From: an uncultured delta proteobacterium
GTDB taxonomy: Bacteria; Desulfobacterota; Binatia; DP-6
Assembly: GCA_963815115.1 (NCBI GenBank)
Contig: CAWFFN010000005.1
Span: 544,001 to 608,000 of the forward strand
Length of the DNA: 64,000 nucleotides
Reading direction: 5' to 3'
The position numbers and the translations under genes are program-made. Positions 48,302-57,911 of the stretch are shown in pieces. The notes beneath the pieces were generated by a model, which did no database searches, was not told the DNA's origin, and was given only the letters and a program-made list of their open reading frames with translations. The stretch's first letter is position 1; the number at the start of each line of letters is the position of its first letter.

Positions 48302-51300
48302 CTACTCGTCGCTCACGAACGCGCCGCTCGGCGACCCGCTGGGGGGCGTCGGACAGTCCGCGGGCGGAGGCGCCTTCTTCTCGGACTGGAACTTGTCCCT
48401 GTGGTCGTTCTTGTCCGTCGAGGCGGGATTGCCGCTCTCCTTCGCGGGCGCGCTCGCGCACCATCCCCGGCCATCGGCGAGCGTCAGCCGCACGGCGATC
48501 TCGATCTGCTTCGGCTCGTCGAGCGTGTAGCCCCAGCCGGACTTGCCGCCCTTCACCTGGAGCTTGCCCTGCTTGATGAGCACCACCGTGATCGGGCCGG
48601 TCTTGCTCTTCCACTTGAAGCCGCCGCTCCCGATCGCGGTCCATTCCGGGCCCGCCGGCAGGGGCACCGTCACCTCGTCGGTGGTCTGGCCCGCCGCGTT
48701 GTACACGGTGAGCGTCGCGCCGTGCTGGATCGGGTCGCCCGCGGACCCCAGCGCCGGGGGCGTGACCTGGTTGGTCGGGGGATCCTTCTTGGTGCTCGAC
48801 TTGAACGACACCTTCCGCTTCTCCGGATCGGCGGGCGGCGTGCTGTCGTCCTTCAGGGAGAGGCTCGTCGTCTGAATCCGCGTCAGCCCCGGAATGCTCA
48901 CCGGATCGGCCGGGTCGCTCCCGCCGAGTACCTCGTCCTGATCGAGGAATCCGTCCTCGTCGCGGTCGATGCCGATGCGCTCGCCGCTGCCCGGCGGGAC
49001 GCACGTGTACGTGACCTCCTGCCCCGGCGTCTCCGCGACGCCCCGCAGCTGGTTGTCGGTCAGGGTCTCGCCGCCGAGGTCGGTGTGGAACGTGCCCGAG
49101 ACGAGCACCGCGCCGCGCTGCTGCCCGTTCTCCGTCCATTTCGCCACCAGATCGCACTCGCCCTGACCCGCGCGGGCGATCAAGAGATCGATGCGGTCGC
49201 CGACCTCCGACGCGACTGCCCTGACGCGAGCGTGATCTGCTGGCCCACGATCGGTGCCAGGTTGGAGTCGAAAGCCAGGACGAACTGCTCGACCTGGCGC
49301 CGTTGCAGGTCACCCGTGGCTCCGGTGGGGAAGCCGCCCGGATTCTGGAGCGGGAAGCCGGCGGGATTGGTGCGATTGAAGACGGTGGCGTTGTGGAAGC
49401 GGAAGAGCGTGTCCACGCTGCCGTCGTGCAGGAACCCGAAGCCGCGGATCTGCGCGCCCTTGTCGCCGTTGTCGCCGGGGTTCAGGAACTGGACGGGTGC
49501 CATGCCGAACATGCCGACCTTCTGGTAGGCATTCCGGAGGTGCGGGATCTTGAAGAGCTGGGTCTCGAACTCGAAGCTCGAGAAGCCGTCGCTGCCGAAG
49601 AATCCCGAGGCGGGATCGAGATCGTGACACCCGTCGCAGTTCTGGAAGACGTCGGAGTTCTGGGCCGAGAAGAACTTGTCACGCCCGGCCTGCTGCTCGG
49701 GGGTCAGGCTGTCGTCGAGCTTGCGGATCGGGTTCGGGGGATACGTCACCTCGAGGATGAAGTTGGTGAAGCGCTCCATGTCGTCGTCGCTGATCGGCGC
49801 GCCGCGACCGAGCAGCCCGTCGAAGGCGATGATGAACTTCTTGAACGCCGCGTGCTCGTCCAGCGGGTCACCGCCGGGATCGTTGCCTCCCGTGCGATCG
49901 CCGCGCCAGTGCATCGGACCATGGTTCGCCATGCCGCGCAGGCTCTGCGTCGTCATCGGGCCCTTCAGCGGGGCGAAGTTCTGGAAGGAGATGTTGAACT
50001 GGTTGGGCACCCGGAACGGGTTCGGTTCGTTCAGGGTGACGTCGTCCGGGTTGCCGAGGTCCCAGGCGAGGCTGTCGAAGTCGCCGAAGATGTGGCAGCT
50101 CGCGCACGCGGCCTCGCCGTTGCTCGACGTGAGCACCGCATCGTAGAGCACCGAACGGCCGTCCTTCACGATCGACGGCTCGCGGTCGAAGAGGGTCAGG
50201 TGGCCGGTCTCGGTGGCGGTGGCGGTGTCGACGATCGAGAGGCCGTTGTCGAAGCGGGTGAGGACGTAGAGCCGGTGGTTGGCCTCGTCCAGCGCCAGGC
50301 CGCTCGGGCCGCCGCCGCTCACCGCGATGTGATCGGCCGCGTCGGGAGCGAAGGTGTTGTTCTCGAGCTCGGCCGTGCTGAAGATGCCGACCTCGCTCGA
50401 GCCGAGGGCGGCGACGTAGAGGGTCTGGCCGTTGGCGGTGACCGCCATGCCGACCGGGGTCGCCAGGCTCTTCACCTTGTCGCTCGGGTCGCTCGGCACG
50501 ACGTCGTAGTCGAGGTGCTTGTTCAGATGCCGCGGGAGCACGTTCGTGCCGTCGAGCACGGTGATGCGCGACTCGGCGAGGTGGCCGCGGACGGAGTTGC
50601 CGGCAAAGGTGCCCGGCCCCTCGAACCGGACCTCGTTGTGCGCGTCGGTGTTGGAGACGTAGACCTTCCCGCTCACGGGGTTCACGGCCATGTTGAAGAG
50701 GATGGTGCCGACGTGCGCGAAGCTGGCGGTCTGCGCGGGAAGCGTCGCACCCGAGCCCGCGCTGATGGCGAACACGTCGAGGTCGGGCAGCGAGAAGCGC
50801 ACGCCGTTGGTCCAGTCGCGGCCGAGCCGGTCCTCCCAGTGGCCGGTGGCGCCGTTGAACTTGATGATGAGGCCGGTCTCGGGCTGCGGATCGCCCAGGA
50901 AGTTGGTGTTGGGCATCGGCAGGCCGCCGGGCATCGGGAGGCCGCCGACGTTGCAGGTCGCGTTCTGGCCGCCGTTGCAGACCGCGCCCTCGTTGAGGGC
51001 CGTGGTCTGGTTGCCGGAGTGGAACACGGCGGCGTAGACCGTGGCGCCGCCCGGGGCGACCGCGAGCGCGCGCGGCGTGTCGCCGAACAGCGAGAGGATG
51101 GTGATCGGGTCGCCCCCGAAGTCGGCGCCGAGGCTGGTCGCGTCGAACACCCAGACGTCGGCGCGTCCGACACCGGCCGTGATGAGCTGCGGGTCGCCTG
51201 CTCCCGGCACCGCCGCCAGCGAGGGGTCGGTTCGCTGCTGTCCCCGGTGCGCGGTCGTGATGAAGGCGCGCGTGCCGCCGGTGCCGGCGAACACGATGTC

Positions 51301-51690
51301 GCGCGGCTCGTCGCCCACCAGCAGGGTGCGCACGACGCGCGGCGGGGTGGCGGCGACGTCGACGATGCTGATCGAGTCGGAGAGGTGGTTGACCACCCAG
51401 ACCTCACCGTTGGTACGCGCGGCGACGGCCACCGGCTCGAGCCCGACGGGCACCGAGCCCGTGCGGGTGAGGCCCGCGGCCGAGACGGCGAAGATCTCGA
51501 GGCGGTTGTCGGGGGTATTTGTGACAAATAGCCTCGATCCGTCAGGCGACATCGCCAGCGGCCGGACCTGACCCGACTCGAAGGTGGTGAAGGACGCCGC
51601 CCCGGCGATCGGCGACCCGAGCGCCAGGAGCAAGGCCAGGATGCCGCCCAGCAAGGTGACGGCGGATAGGCGGGACGACGGTACCAGCAT
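48302..51690 (-). pseudogene. Secreted YncE-like beta-propeller + di-haem cytochrome c peroxidase/MauG-like protein, split by one frameshift near 49220
   Basis: Signal peptide; [22 protein letters not shown]; [24 protein letters not shown]; GQQITLAS continues as [17 protein letters not shown] in the frame of ORF 48302-49183. Confidence 0.8.
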
Positions 51691-51804
51691 GGAGCCCCCT
51701 CTCTGGCTGGAGATCGGACCGGGGGCGTACCACAGGTTTCTGCCTTGTCGAAACCCCTTTGGCGCGATCGGGCGGTTCCGTTGGGCGATCGGGCGGCTAG
51801 CGAT

Positions 51805-52803
51805 CTAGCGCACGTGCGGCAGGACGCGCTCGCCGAACTCGCGCAGCTGCCCGGTGCCCGAGAAGTTCAGCGCCAGGAGGGAGAGCCCGTGGATGGCTTC
51901 GCGGCGGCGGAGCTCCTCGATCATCTCCTCGGGGGTTCCGAGGAGGGCGACCGGGTGCCGCCGCAGCGCCTCCGGCGACAGCCCGAAGGCGCCCGCCATC
52001 CTGTCCGCCACCTTGGCGGTCTGCGCCGGCGACGCGGTGGGGGCGTAGGTGAACACCGTCGATGCGAAGCGCACGGTCCCGGGTGCCCGGCCCGCCTTGG
52101 CCTCGGCCGCGCGCACGCGGGCGAGCTTGTCCGCCAGGCCGTCGTCGTCGAACCTGCGAATCTCGTCGAACGTGGCCGTTCCGGCGGCGCCGAGCACCGG
52201 GACCATGTGAACGATGTCGGCCCACGTTCCGGCGCGTCGCAGGATGCCGTTCCCGCTCCCGCCGAGCATCAGCGGCGGACCGGGCCGTTGCACCGGTTTC
52301 GGGAGGCAGACCGCATCGGTGAGCTTGAAGTATCGTCCCGCGAATGTGAAGCGCTCCTCGCGCCACAGCCCGCGCATGACCTCGACCGCCTCGTCCATCA
52401 TGCGCAGGCGCTCGGAGACGTCGGGAAACTCGAGCCCCATCATCTCGAACTCGGCGCGTGTCCAGCCCGCGCCCACGCCCGCGATGGTGCGGCCGCCGCT
52501 CGCCTCGTCGAGCTGCGCGAAGAGGCGCGCATGCATCGCCGGGTGGCGGAAGAGGAGACAGGCGACGTGGCTGCCGATGCGGATGCGTCGGGTGCGTTGC
52601 GCCAGGGTCGCCATGGCGAAGAAGAGCTCGTAGGCCGGCACCTCCGTCTGCAGCCCGCCGAGCAATTCGAAGACGTAGTGATCGGGCACGAAGACCACGT
52701 CGAAGCCGAGCTCCTCGGCGAGCTGTGCTTCCTCGACGATGGCCTCCAGACCGGTCTTGTCGTGGGGAGCCTGGCCGCCGCCGACCTGGATGGCGAATTC
52801 CAT
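51805..52803 (-). CDS. LLM-class flavin/F420-dependent oxidoreductase
   Basis: AEELGFD..VPDH, LDEASGGR..GVGAGW, PKPVQRPGPPL. Confidence 0.88.
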   Translation of the reverse strand: MEFAIQVGGGQAPHDKTGLEAIVEEAQLAEELGFDVVFVPDHYVFELLGGLQTEVPAYELFFAMATLAQRTRRIRIGSHVACLLFRHPAMHARLFAQLDEASGGRTIAGVGAGWTRAEFEMMGLEFPDVSERLRMMDEAVEVMRGLWREERFTFAGRYFKLTDAVCLPKPVQRPGPPLMLGGSGNGILRRAGTWADIVHMVPVLGAAGTATFDEIRRFDDDGLADKLARVRAAEAKAGRAPGTVRFASTVFTYAPTASPAQTAKVADRMAGAFGLSPEALRRHPVALLGTPEEMIEELRRREAIHGLSLLALNFSGTGQLREFGERVLPHVR

Positions 52804-52821
52804 GCCTGGTTCCCGGGAGGC

Positions 52822-53073
52822 TCAGTGCTCGGGCGGGAAGATCTCGTCGCGGGCCTTGCCGGCGAGCGTCCCCTGGAGCTGCGACAGGGCCTCCTCCGGC
52901 GTTGCGGCGAGGGCCATCAGGCCGTGCGGCGCCCGCGTCAGCGCGAGCTCGCACGGGACGGCCGTGTAGAAGCCGTTCGGGAGGCTCGCGACCATGACGA
53001 AGAACGCTTCACCGTCCTCGGCGCGGAACTGGTACCACTCGACCTTCTGCACGACGTAGGGCGTCTCGCTCAT
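52822..53073 (-). CDS. Small hypothetical protein
   Basis: Compact ORF with high-GC3 codons; precedes the LLM gene on the same strand. Confidence 0.6.
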   Translation of the reverse strand: MSETPYVVQKVEWYQFRAEDGEAFFVMVASLPNGFYTAVPCELALTRAPHGLMALAATPEEALSQLQGTLAGKARDEIFPPEH

Positions 53074-53159
53074 GTGCCGGGTCGGTAGCCTGAGCGGGCA
53101 CGGGATTCAAGGCGGCGACGGAGGTTGCAACAGCGGATCGGCCATGCGATGCGCGCAGC

Positions 53160-53213
53160 ATGATCACGAACCGTATGCCCGCGCTCCGGCGCTGGTGGTG
53201 GCCCCTCGACTGA
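53160..53213 (+). CDS. trpL: trp leader peptide MITNRMPALRRWWWPLD
   Basis: Three tandem TGG codons in a 17-aa ORF ending 115 nt upstream of trpE. Confidence 0.8.
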   Translation: MITNRMPALRRWWWPLD

Positions 53214-53286
53214 GGCGGCCCCCGGTTCACGTCCGCACCCGGAACCCTGGAAGGAAGCCGCCTTGGACCGTCGAGGCGGCTTCGGT
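53200..53286 (+). promoter_or_regulatory. Ribosome-mediated Trp attenuator
   Basis: 1:2 hairpin GGCCCCTC-gact-GAGGcGGCC; 2:3 pairing GAGGCGGC (53212-53219) with GCCGCCTT (53257-53264); 3:4 hairpin GAAGCCGCCT...AGGCGGCTTC (53254-53283). Confidence 0.75.
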
Positions 53287-53327
53287 GCATCGGGGCCCGC
53301 CGTCTCGGCAGAAGGAGACGACAGGCC

Positions 53328-55604
53328 ATGCACGCAGACACCTATCGGACCCACGGTGGAGTGCTCGTCGAGCGATCACGCGAGGAGATCGCTCCACGGG
53401 ACGCGATCGACGGCATCGTCGGCGCCCTCGACGCCCGGCGCGGGGTGCTGCTCGCGTCGGGCGTCGAGCAGCCGGGGCGGTACACGCGCTGGGACGTCGG
53501 CTTCGTCGATCCACCCCTGGCGTTGACGTCCCGGGGCCGCGAGTTCCGGCTCACGGCTTTGAACGGCCGCGGGCGGGTGCTGCTGCCGTTCGTCGCTGCG
53601 GCGACCGGTGCCGCGTGTGACGGGGACGAGGCCATCGGCACGGTTCCTCTTCCCGCTGCCGGCTTCGCGGAGGAGGAGCGGACCCGCCAGCCGTCGGTCC
53701 TGTCGGTCGTGCGCACCGTGCGCGACCTCTTCGCGAGCCCCACGGACCCGCACCTCGGGCTCTACGGCGCCTTCGGCTACGACCTCGCGTTCCAGTTCGA
53801 GCCCGTCCAGCTCCGCCGGCCGCGTCCTCCGGAGCAGCGTGACCTGGTCCTGTACCTGCCCGACGAGCTGGTCGTGGTCGACCACCAGCGCGAGCGCGCC
53901 GTGCGCGCGCGCTACGAGTTCACGCTCGCCGAGGGACGCACGCGCGGTCTGCCACGCGACGGCGATGTCCGGCAGTACCGGCCTGCACTGCGCGCTCCGC
54001 ATTCGGCCGACCACGCGCCAGGCGAGTACGCGGCCACGGTGCGCGTGGCGCAGGAGGCCTTCCGGCGCGGCGATCTCTTCGAGGTGGTTCCCGGGCAGAT
54101 GTTCTTCGAGGCGTGCGCGGCCCCGCCGTCCGAGGTGTTCCGCCGCCTCCGGGTACGCAATCCGGCGCCGTACGGCTTCCTCGTGAACCTCGGCGCCAGC
54201 GAGTACCTGATCGGCGCCTCGCCGGAGATGTACGTCCGCGTGGACGGCGACCGCGTGGAGACGGCGCCCATCTCGGGCACCATCACCCGGGGACGCGACG
54301 CGCTCGAGGACGCGGCCCAGATCCGCCGGCTGCTCGAATCTGCCAAGGACGAGGTCGAGCTCACCATGTGCACCGACGTCGACCGCAACGACAAGGCGCG
54401 CATCTGCGAGCCGGGCAGCGTGCGAGTCATCGCCCGGCGCCAGATCGAGCTCTACTCGCGACTCATCCACACCGTCGACCACGTGGAGGGGCGTCTGCGC
54501 GCGGGCTACGACGCCCTCGACGCGTTCCTCGCCCACGCCTGGGCGGTGACCGTCACCGGCGCGCCCAAGGCCTGGGCGATGCAGTTCATCGAGGACCACG
54601 AGCGCTCGCCGCGCGGATGGTACGGCGGTGCCGTCGGCCGCGTGGGCTTCGACGGCCGCCTCAATACCGGGCTCACCTTGCGCACCATTCGCGTCGCCGA
54701 CGGCGTCGCCGAGGTGCGCGCCGGCGCGACGCTGGTCCACGATTCCGATCCGGAGGCCGAGGAGCTCGAGACGCGCGTCAAGGCGGCCGCGCTGCTCGAC
54801 GCCATCCGGCGACCCGCCGCGAGGGCTCCGCAGACGCCCTCCCGCGCTCGTCCCGGCACGGGCAGGCGCGTGCTGCTCGTCGACCACCAGGACTCCTTCG
54901 TGCACACGCTCGCCGACTACTTCCGGCAGACGGGCGCCGAGGTGACGACGCTGCGGGCGGGGTTCCCGCCCGCCGAGCTGGATCGCCTGCGCCCCGACCT
55001 GGTGGTGCTCTCCCCGGGGCCGGGCACGCCGGCCGACTTCGACGTCGCCGGGACGCTCGCCGCCGCGGCCGCCCGCGGCCTCGCGGTCTTCGGCGTGTGT
55101 CTGGGGCTCCAGGGCATGGTCGAGCACTTCGGCGGCGCGCTCGGCGTGCTCGGGGAGCCGGTGCACGGCAAGCGCTCGCGCATCCGGGTGCTGGGCGGCC
55201 GGCTCCTGCAGGGGCTGCCGGCAGAGTTCGACGCCGGGCGCTACCATTCGCTGTATGCCGTGCGCGACCGGATGCCCGCCTGCCTGGCGGTGACGGCCGA
55301 GAGCGAGGACGGCGTGGTGATGGCGGTCGAGCACCGCGAGGGGCCGCTCGCCGCAGTGCAGTTCCATCCCGAGTCCATCCTGACGCTCGCCGGCGGGGTG
55401 GGGCTGCGCCTGGTGGAGAACGTGATGGAGTGGCTCGCCGATCTTCAGAGCAGGTCGAGAAACGCGAGCAGCGCCGCCCGCTCGCCGGGATCGAGCGGCT
55501 CACCCCCCGAGCCGGGGGCGGCGTCGTGCAGGAAGCCGTCCGGCATCACTCGCGCGCGTGCGAGGACCGATGGGAGGTCCGGTGACGAGCCGTTCGTGAA
55601 GTAG
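53328..55604 (+). CDS. trpE: Fused anthranilate synthase TrpE(G)
   Basis: RBS AAGGAG; LYGAFGYDL, GDLFEVVP, NPAPYGF, SPEMYVRV, TMCTDVDRND, TGAPK; GATase LVDHQDSF, SPGPG, GVCLG, RYHSL, QFHPES. Confidence 0.93.
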   Translation: MHADTYRTHGGVLVERSREEIAPRDAIDGIVGALDARRGVLLASGVEQPGRYTRWDVGFVDPPLALTSRGREFRLTALNGRGRVLLPFVAAATGAACDGDEAIGTVPLPAAGFAEEERTRQPSVLSVVRTVRDLFASPTDPHLGLYGAFGYDLAFQFEPVQLRRPRPPEQRDLVLYLPDELVVVDHQRERAVRARYEFTLAEGRTRGLPRDGDVRQYRPALRAPHSADHAPGEYAATVRVAQEAFRRGDLFEVVPGQMFFEACAAPPSEVFRRLRVRNPAPYGFLVNLGASEYLIGASPEMYVRVDGDRVETAPISGTITRGRDALEDAAQIRRLLESAKDEVELTMCTDVDRNDKARICEPGSVRVIARRQIELYSRLIHTVDHVEGRLRAGYDALDAFLAHAWAVTVTGAPKAWAMQFIEDHERSPRGWYGGAVGRVGFDGRLNTGLTLRTIRVADGVAEVRAGATLVHDSDPEAEELETRVKAAALLDAIRRPAARAPQTPSRARPGTGRRVLLVDHQDSFVHTLADYFRQTGAEVTTLRAGFPPAELDRLRPDLVVLSPGPGTPADFDVAGTLAAAAARGLAVFGVCLGLQGMVEHFGGALGVLGEPVHGKRSRIRVLGGRLLQGLPAEFDAGRYHSLYAVRDRMPACLAVTAESEDGVVMAVEHREGPLAAVQFHPESILTLAGGVGLRLVENVMEWLADLQSRSRNASSAARSPGSSGSPPEPGAASCRKPSGITRARARTDGRSGDEPFVK

Positions 55605-57547
55605 GGACGCTTGCGATAGAGACGCCGCAGCGATGGGACGCGCGTCCCCTCGGGATGCACGTAGGGGACGATCCCGGTCTGCTCGCGCGTATCGCGTGCC
55701 CACACGATCGCTCCCGCGGGACTCAGGACGAGACGCTCCCAGTCCGCGAACGGCACGGTGGATCCGGGCAGGTCGGTGACCAGCCGTGCGGCGTGGCAGC
55801 GGGCGCAGCGGTCGCGAAACACCTCCGCCCCGTGACGCTCGTCCGGTGACCAGGTCCGGCGCCCGGCGACCGACGGATTCGGCCGGTGCGTGAAGCCCAT
55901 CAGGAAGCCCATGAGCGACCGCCGCAGGACCTCGGGGGACAACGGCCGCGGTCCGACGCCGAGCGTCGCGAGCCAGGGCAGGTCGGCGACGCCGAGCGCG
56001 AACCACGAGTCGTGCCGGCTGCGCAGGCCGGCGACGTGGAACTCGTTGTGCACCATGCCCGCAAGATCGGGATCGAGCGCGCGCGAGAAGTAGGGCCGGT
56101 CGTTCGCGAGGCCGAAGAGCGGGCGCGTGGTCACGCGGACGTCGTCGCGCCCGCTGTTGTGCACCCGGCCGTCGATACCGCCCTCGAAGTGGCAGGTCTC
56201 GCACGTGAAGCGGCTGAGGGATCCGCGGGTCCGGTTCCACGGCGCCATCGCGGTGGTGAAGAACAACGCCTCCCCGACACGCGACTCGACGGAACGCGCT
56301 CGCCGTTCGGGGTCCGGTACGGCGATCGGGCGCGGCGTCCCGCCGCCATCGTCCACCACCCAGGCGTCGAGCAGCGGATCGGCCACCACGGTGCGCCCTC
56401 CGGCGAGGGGCGCTTCCATGACGCCACCCGGGACGAAGCTGCGGGTGACGATCTCGGGACGGGGCCAGAGTCCCTTGCGACCGGCGCGGCGGTCCGGCCA
56501 CGACAGCTCGGCGAGCGGCGCGTCACCATAGCCCCGGACACGTAGCCGGACCGGATCGCCGGGAGTCAGCGCGACGATCTTCGGCGTCACCACGCCGAGC
56601 GCGGACACGTTCACCTCCGCCAGGCGCGTGGCCACGGGAGGGGTCCCGGCCACCCGGTAGATCCAGACGAAGGAGTCGATGTAGCCGAACGAGCCCTCGC
56701 GCCGGTCGAGCGGATGATCCTCGACCCCGCCCAGCGCGAGCATCAGGCCGTCGGCGGTCTCGCGTGCATCGACGGACCAGATCGGGCCGTCGTGGGTGAT
56801 GCGCACATCGCCGTCGCGCAGGGGGATGCCGCGCGAGTCCACCGGTCGTATGACGAGCGTGTGGCCGAGGATGCAGTCGACGATCACGTGCCCGGCGGTG
56901 CGCAGCACGTGACGCGGCCCGAGCCCGACCGGCGCGTCGTCGCCGGCGAGCACGGTCCCCCGGGAATCGATCGTGAGGAGGCGGTGATCGTGGTCCTCGA
57001 CGACGTAGAGGACGTCCTCGTCGCCCGCCGCGATCGCGCGCACGGATCGCACGTCGCGCAGGGGGATTGCCGCGCGCCGAACGAGCCGGCCGTCGCGGAC
57101 CGCGTAGTGTGCGATCGCCGGGCTCGGCTCCGCGCTGACGAACACGTCGCCGCTGGAGGTCACGGCAAGGCCCGACGGCTCGGGCGGCGTCGTCACGCGC
57201 TGCAGCTCCCGCAGGTCCTCGTCGAGAAGCACGAGCGCGGAGCGGCCACGCAGCAGGCCGACCAGCAGCGGCTTGCCGGCGAGGTGCTGGATCGCGACCG
57301 GGTCCGGGCCCGTGCCCTGGTCGAATGCGGGCAGGGCGCGGAAGTCGGTGGCGCGCCGCTCGGCCGACTCGAATGCCCGCAGCCGTCCCAGCGCGTCGGT
57401 GCTGGGATCGCTGCGCGCGTCGTCGGGGCGGCCCTCCCTGGCCCCGACGAGCAGGGTGACGACCGCGAGCAGCGCGATGCGCCACCCGCGGCGCCCCCGG
57501 GTCACGGGCAAGTGGGACGCAGGCTCGGCGCGCGACTCACCAGCCAC
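55445..57547 (-). CDS. Secreted beta-propeller + di-haem cytochrome c (bCCP/MauG-like) protein
   Basis: Hydrophobic N-terminal segment; VGEALF, CETCH, GAEVF..CARCH, VPSLR..PYFTNGS, ALLAFLDLL. Confidence 0.78.
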   Translation of the reverse strand: MAGESRAEPASHLPVTRGRRGWRIALLAVVTLLVGAREGRPDDARSDPSTDALGRLRAFESAERRATDFRALPAFDQGTGPDPVAIQHLAGKPLLVGLLRGRSALVLLDEDLRELQRVTTPPEPSGLAVTSSGDVFVSAEPSPAIAHYAVRDGRLVRRAAIPLRDVRSVRAIAAGDEDVLYVVEDHDHRLLTIDSRGTVLAGDDAPVGLGPRHVLRTAGHVIVDCILGHTLVIRPVDSRGIPLRDGDVRITHDGPIWSVDARETADGLMLALGGVEDHPLDRREGSFGYIDSFVWIYRVAGTPPVATRLAEVNVSALGVVTPKIVALTPGDPVRLRVRGYGDAPLAELSWPDRRAGRKGLWPRPEIVTRSFVPGGVMEAPLAGGRTVVADPLLDAWVVDDGGGTPRPIAVPDPERRARSVESRVGEALFFTTAMAPWNRTRGSLSRFTCETCHFEGGIDGRVHNSGRDDVRVTTRPLFGLANDRPYFSRALDPDLAGMVHNEFHVAGLRSRHDSWFALGVADLPWLATLGVGPRPLSPEVLRRSLMGFLMGFTHRPNPSVAGRRTWSPDERHGAEVFRDRCARCHAARLVTDLPGSTVPFADWERLVLSPAGAIVWARDTREQTGIVPYVHPEGTRVPSLRRLYRKRPYFTNGSSPDLPSVLARARVMPDGFLHDAAPGSGGEPLDPGERAALLAFLDLL

Positions 57548-57815
57548 CCGGCAGGACGGGTGGTCCCCCGGCGCTCGGGGGATTGGCCGACGTGGCGCCG
57601 CAGACGGAGAGGTCGTGCTTGCAGCTGAGGACGATCGGCTTCCTGCACTTGGCGCGCTTGCAGCGCATGAGCTTGGGCCCCCGGAGGCCGGGGCACTGCT
57701 GGGTCGCGCAGCTTGCGATCTCGTCCTTGCACGCCGTCACGCATGGTGCTCCCCACGCCGTCGAGGAGCAAAGGGCAAGCACGGCGAGCAACCCGGCGAC
57801 CTGTCGCGTCGACAT
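57537..57815 (-). CDS. Small secreted Cys-rich protein
   Basis: Signal peptide ending AWG/A; 8 Cys in the mature part; ends PGGW; overlaps the start of the di-haem gene. Confidence 0.65.
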   Translation of the reverse strand: MSTRQVAGLLAVLALCSSTAWGAPCVTACKDEIASCATQQCPGLRGPKLMRCKRAKCRKPIVLSCKHDLSVCGATSANPPSAGGPPVLPGGW

Positions 57816-57911
57816 GGACCCTGTCTCCTTCCGCTGCGCAGGATCCTCCCGCTGGCGATTGAAAGCAAGGCGCCTCGGCCCGCTCGCGGCAGAGACCGTC
57901 CGTGGCCGGCG

